Shown in pieces: positions 16,089 to 20,291 of a DNA stretch of 20,291 nucleotides. Source of the DNA: Thermotogota bacterium (GTDB lineage Bacteria; Thermotogota; Thermotogae; Petrotogales; Kosmotogaceae); the NCBI GenBank assembly GCA_034660555.1, contig JAYEJL010000032.1, forward strand, positions 1 through 20,291, given 5' to 3'. Under the pieces are notes generated by a model that worked only from the letters and a program-made list of their open reading frames with translations, searched no databases and was not told where the DNA came from. A program made the position numbers and the translations under genes. The stretch's first letter is position 1. The number at the start of each line of letters is the position of its first letter.

Positions 16089-17060
16089 CTATCTAAGTCT
16101 GTAGCGTATTCTGGGGTCAACCCAGGCGAGTAGTAAATCAGCAGACAGATTTCCAATAACTAACATCAGTGATGCCAATAACAGCGAAGCCATAACAAGG
16201 AATAAATCCTGTGATGTTAGCGCTTCAATGACTAATCTTCCCATACCAGGCCATCCAAAGACCGTCTCTGTTAAAACAGCTCCACCCAATAAAGCAGAAA
16301 GTGCATAACCAAACATAGTTATTAGAGGATTAATAGCATTTCTTACAGCATGGGTATAGATGACATTATTTTCTGGCATTCCTTTTGCTCTGGCAAAGAT
16401 AACATAGTCCTGAGTCAACTTATCCAATAGTTGACCACGCATTTGTCTCATCTGACCAGCTAAACCTGCTGTACCGAGAGTAACAACAGGTCCGACAACG
16501 TGCCATAAATAATCTCCTAATTTGCCTATCATTGAGAGTTCATCGTGATTTAATGAGAGAATGCCACCAATAGGGAACCACCCAGTTTTCGCTGCCATAA
16601 ACAACCACAAAAGGGCAAAGAAAAAGTTAGGTATAGATAAACCTATAAAAGCAAAAACCGATAACCCCTGATCACTAGCAGAATACTGGTGCAGTGCTGC
16701 ATAAATTCCCAAAGGTATGGCTATACCCCAGGTGAATATCAACGTTGGTATACTGAGAAGTAATGTTGCACCCAATCTTCTCCAGATTAGATCAAAAACT
16801 GGCACATGATAAACAAACGAATAACCAAAATTACCTCTTAAAACTTCACCAAGCCATTTGAAATATTGAACAACAATAGGTTTGTCAAAACCAAATTGCC
16901 GTTCAAGAATCTCAACCTGTTCTGGACTTACTGAGGGGTTCAATCTGTAGTTGTCTAAAAAATCACCAGGTGCTGTAGAAATTATCAAGAATGCCAAAAC
17001 TGATATACCCAGCAATACTGGAATAGCAAGGATAATTCTTCTTACAATATACTTGAGCAC
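16089..17060 (-). CDS. oppB: Opp/Dpp-family ABC permease B
   Basis: KYIVRRI, QYFKWL..LRGNFGYSF, DYVIFARAKG, HAVRNA, ETVFGWPGMG, DPRIR; GTG start with SD AAGGAGGG. Confidence 0.95.
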   Translation of the reverse strand: MLKYIVRRIILAIPVLLGISVLAFLIISTAPGDFLDNYRLNPSVSPEQVEILERQFGFDKPIVVQYFKWLGEVLRGNFGYSFVYHVPVFDLIWRRLGATLLLSIPTLIFTWGIAIPLGIYAALHQYSASDQGLSVFAFIGLSIPNFFFALLWLFMAAKTGWFPIGGILSLNHDELSMIGKLGDYLWHVVGPVVTLGTAGLAGQMRQMRGQLLDKLTQDYVIFARAKGMPENNVIYTHAVRNAINPLITMFGYALSALLGGAVLTETVFGWPGMGRLVIEALTSQDLFLVMASLLLASLMLVIGNLSADLLLAWVDPRIRYRLR

Positions 17061-17085
17061 TTTCTTCCCTCCTTGAGAAGCTGAA

Positions 17086-17126
17086 AATCAGTAAAACGGG
17101 AGGGAAACTCCCTCCCGTTTAAAAAA
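17086..17126 (-). terminator. Strong hairpin after oppA (partial terminator / 3' stabiliser)
   Basis: Perfect 12-bp stem AAACGGGAGGGA (17094-17105) / TCCCTCCCGTTT (17109-17120), 3-nt loop; minus strand continues UUUUACUGAUUUU. Confidence 0.85.
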
Positions 17127-17142
17127 GAGAATTTCCTTTATA

Positions 17143-18864
17143 TTAGTCTTTCCAGATTCCGTACAAATGCCATAGTTGGCCTGCAAATGGATTTGGATTA
17201 GGATTGGCGAGATGTACATTACCCTGATGTGCATAAAGATAATTCTGTGAAATTGTGTAAAGCATAGGCTGATACTCAGCACATAGCATCTGGAATTCGG
17301 CAAATAAGTCATATCTTTCTTCTCCAAAAGCACCAACAGATTCTAAATAAATCTCATGAATGCGTTTTTCCCAATCGAATTGCTTGTAAATCTCTTCAGA
17401 TACTGTATCAGGTCTTAGTTCTGGTGAGAAGTTGAAGAAATGAAGTCCACCATCAAGTCTCCAAACATTCCAACCACTACCTGGATCTGAACCACCAGTC
17501 AGACCAATAATAACTGCATCAAAATCAGGCCCGAGAAGCTTCTGTACGAGTGTATTGAACTGCATTGGAACAAAATTGATTTTTATACCAACTTTGCTTG
17601 CACTTTCGACCATAATGTTACCTATGGCCTCACGCACATTATTACCAACATTAGTTGTCATGATGAATTCAACGCGATTTCCATCAGCGTCTATTAAATT
17701 ACCTGCATTATCCCAGTTAAAACCGCCTTTTTTGAGCTCAAGTCTGGCTCTAATGACAGAGTATTTGTACGGGAATGCCTTTTCGATTTCAGGATTGTAG
17801 AATCCTGAAGATGGAGGAACAGGTCCGTACAATGGAGTACCGAGACCGTTGTAAAGTGTCTCAATAACACTTTCTCTATCCAGCAAGTAAACGAGAGCTC
17901 TTCTGAAATGTACGTTTCTAAACCATGCTCTCTTTGCATCATCCTGATTAACCAGATTCAAAGTAATGAAGCTTGAACCGGTTGTAGGTCCACCAGTACC
18001 TACCACCCAGCCTTTTTCTTCTGCCTGTTCGGCAATTCTCGGGAAGTTTTCAGCTGTTGGTCCGTAAATATCACATTCTCCTGCCTCAAATTTTAAGAGT
18101 TCAGTATTGAGGTCAGGTACAATCTGGAAAACTACTCTGTCAAGATATGGCAGTTTTACGCCATTTTTATCAACTGCATAAAAATGGGGATTTCTTTCTA
18201 GTACAACTCTTGTGCCTTCTGAGTATTCGACAGGAATAAATGCCCCCATACCAACAACTTTATCAATTTCGTTTACTGTCCAGGCCTGCTGGTATGTTCC
18301 ATTCCGCACAGCCTCGCCTAGGACATGTTCAGGAAGAATTCTTGTCCATCCGACAGCTCTGAAGCCCCAGTAAGAAGGAGTTGACCAGGTGAAAGAAATT
18401 GTTGTGTCATCAACAACTTCGATTTCTGGAAGCTTGTCATTACTGTCAACGTAGCCTGTAGGTCCATTTGCTGTCATACCTTCAACAAAGTAAATGTCTT
18501 TGAAGGTGAAAACAACGTCATCAATGGTGAAAGGTTCTCCATCTGACCATTTTAATCCGTCCCTAATCTGGAAGAAAACGGTTTTTTGATCTTCGGAGTA
18601 CCACCAATCTTTTGCAAGTCCTCCGCCTGAAGGATTACCTGTTAGGTCTGCATCGAGTAAAGAATCCAGGAACATGTCTATAATGTCTGTAGAGCTTGTT
18701 TCCTGAGCCCAGGAGTAATTCAGTGTTTTTGGGCCCGAAGTAGTTGTCAAATATAATGTACCTCCAGGGTTACCTTCGAGGTCTGTCACTAAATACTCAG
18801 GTTCCTGAGCAAAAGCGAAGCCCACTGCAAAAAGAACAACCAATAACAATGCTAACTTTTTCAT
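17143..18864 (-). CDS. oppA: Family 5 ABC substrate-binding protein (573 aa)
   Basis: Start moved to ATG 18864 (SD AAAAGGAGG; ATGA overlap with the oppF stop); SPase I-type signal MKKLALL...AFA; GLAKDW, IRDGLKWSDGEPFTIDDVVFT, LPYLD, FRRAL. Substrate (peptide or sugar) cannot be determined. Confidence 0.95.
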   Translation of the reverse strand: MKKLALLLVVLFAVGFAFAQEPEYLVTDLEGNPGGTLYLTTTSGPKTLNYSWAQETSSTDIIDMFLDSLLDADLTGNPSGGGLAKDWWYSEDQKTVFFQIRDGLKWSDGEPFTIDDVVFTFKDIYFVEGMTANGPTGYVDSNDKLPEIEVVDDTTISFTWSTPSYWGFRAVGWTRILPEHVLGEAVRNGTYQQAWTVNEIDKVVGMGAFIPVEYSEGTRVVLERNPHFYAVDKNGVKLPYLDRVVFQIVPDLNTELLKFEAGECDIYGPTAENFPRIAEQAEEKGWVVGTGGPTTGSSFITLNLVNQDDAKRAWFRNVHFRRALVYLLDRESVIETLYNGLGTPLYGPVPPSSGFYNPEIEKAFPYKYSVIRARLELKKGGFNWDNAGNLIDADGNRVEFIMTTNVGNNVREAIGNIMVESASKVGIKINFVPMQFNTLVQKLLGPDFDAVIIGLTGGSDPGSGWNVWRLDGGLHFFNFSPELRPDTVSEEIYKQFDWEKRIHEIYLESVGAFGEERYDLFAEFQMLCAEYQPMLYTISQNYLYAHQGNVHLANPNPNPFAGQLWHLYGIWKD

Positions 18865-20033
18865 GCTTTTTCCCCTCCTTTTAGAGAAGTATCTGAATAA
18901 AGATGACACGCCACGTAATGGTTATCATCAATTTTGTACATAGGTGGATATTTTTCGTCACAAAGACCTTTAATTTTATATTTACATCTTGGGTGGAAGA
19001 AACATCCCTTTGGTCTATTAATGGGACTAGGGACCTGCCCTCCTACAAGATCTTTCCTGCTTCTTTTCTTTTTAGGATCTGCTATTGGTGCCGCTGCTAA
19101 AAGAGCTCTGGTATAGGGATGAAGTGGGTCATCAAAAATTTTCTGAATGTCTCCCTGTTCAACGATCCTACCCAAATACATAACACTGACGCTGTCACAT
19201 ATAAATCTTACAAGAGCAAGGTCATGTGAAATAAACAGATAACCTGCATTCAAGTCTTCTTGAAGTTTTTTAAACAATTTAACTATCTGTGCCTGTACCG
19301 AAACATCTAAGGCGGATGTAGGTTCATCTAATACCAGAAGATCTGGATTAACGCTTATTGCTCTCGCAACTGCGATCCTCTGTCTTTGACCGCCACTGAA
19401 TTGATGTGGATATCTATCTATATGATACGGTTTTAACCCTACTTTGGAAAGCAAATCCTTAACCATTTTTACTGCTTCATCAATATTTTTTGCGAAACCA
19501 TGAAACACTAGTGGTTCAGAAAGCATCTGACCTACGGTCATTCGTGGATTCAAGGATGACATAGGATCTTGAAAAACTATCTGTGCCTTTTGACGAAACA
19601 TCTTCATTTTCTTTCTACGATCCTCAAGAAGAAAATTCAAAGCCTTTTTTGGATCTTTATCTGTTTTTTTATAAGCTTCATATATCTTCAGCTGATGGTG
19701 TTCAAGGTCTTTACCACCATTATTGAATGCAGGGAGAGAGAAGTAATTCTTGTTTAAATGCTCCAGAGCATCTTTTTTTCTAAAAAAATAGAATGTAGTA
19801 TCTTCACCATCAATTAACAGCTCACCCTCAGTTGGTTCATGTAATCTCAAAATTGTCTTTCCTATGGTAGTTTTACCACAACCCGATTCACCAACGATAC
19901 CGTGGCTTTTTCCTCTATCCAGAGTAAATGAAACATTATCAACAGCTTTGACAAATCCTACAGTTCTCTCTATTAAAAAACCCTGTCTGATTGGAAAATA
20001 TTTTTTTAGATTGCGTACATCCAGTAACTTCAT
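18861..20033 (-). CDS. oppF: Opp/Dpp ABC ATP-binding protein F
   Basis: GESGCGKTT, IVFQDP, FSGGQRQR, VLDEPTSALD, HPYTRAL, GCFFHPRC...C...ACH. Confidence 0.96.
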   Translation of the reverse strand: MKLLDVRNLKKYFPIRQGFLIERTVGFVKAVDNVSFTLDRGKSHGIVGESGCGKTTIGKTILRLHEPTEGELLIDGEDTTFYFFRKKDALEHLNKNYFSLPAFNNGGKDLEHHQLKIYEAYKKTDKDPKKALNFLLEDRRKKMKMFRQKAQIVFQDPMSSLNPRMTVGQMLSEPLVFHGFAKNIDEAVKMVKDLLSKVGLKPYHIDRYPHQFSGGQRQRIAVARAISVNPDLLVLDEPTSALDVSVQAQIVKLFKKLQEDLNAGYLFISHDLALVRFICDSVSVMYLGRIVEQGDIQKIFDDPLHPYTRALLAAAPIADPKKKRSRKDLVGGQVPSPINRPKGCFFHPRCKYKIKGLCDEKYPPMYKIDDNHYVACHLYSDTSLKGGEKA

Positions 20034-20291
20034 TCAATATCCTCCTTGACGACTGAAACTTTTTTTGTAGCAGGATTGAAGCAGCGAATATAATGATTAT
20101 CTTCGATTTCTTCAAGTTCAGGTAATTCCTGATAACATTTTTTGGTAGCTCTTTCACATCTTGGTAAAAATGGACAAAGACTTGGAGGATCCATCATCAC
20201 TGGTGGTTGACCGGGTATAGGTGCAAGTTCTTTTTGTTTAACATCCAGTCTTGGTATACAGTTCAATAGAGCGAATGTGTATGGATGCATT
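20030..20291 (-). CDS. oppD: Opp/Dpp ABC ATP-binding protein D, C-terminal part (5' end beyond window)
   Basis: HPYTFALL..IP, IPGQPP, CPFLPRC...C...RCF C-terminal extension; stop overlaps the oppF ATG (ATGA). Confidence 0.9.
   Translation of the reverse strand, partial: MHPYTFALLNCIPRLDVKQKELAPIPGQPPVMMDPPSLCPFLPRCERATKKCYQELPELEEIEDNHYIRCFNPATKKVSVVKEDIE

Overview
AT-rich bacterial window whose gene content points to Thermotogota (inferred from the secG-tyrS-ompA-ompB 'toga' cluster). Left to right: (1) minus-strand operon of two secreted von Willebrand A (vWA) proteins: a 1689-aa PEGA/vWA/helical/Ig-repeat/YfaP(DUF2135)-like mosaic, and a second vWA-Ig protein that runs off the left edge and is missing from the supplied ORF track; (2) minus-strand TPR protein plus a small acidic protein; (3) divergent secG, tyrS, SLH/coiled-coil toga anchor ompA and beta-barrel ompB, ending in a strong terminator; (4) a ~640-bp 'empty' spacer that holds a 32-codon ORF with a good SD and an antisense ~90-nt rod-shaped RNA candidate overlapping its initiation region (type I toxin-antitoxin-like layout); (5) a 4-TM membrane protein; (6) a convergent Opp/Dpp ABC operon in the order D-F-A-B-C with large insertions in OppF and OppC. 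No rRNA, tRNA, CRISPR array or mobile element was recognised.
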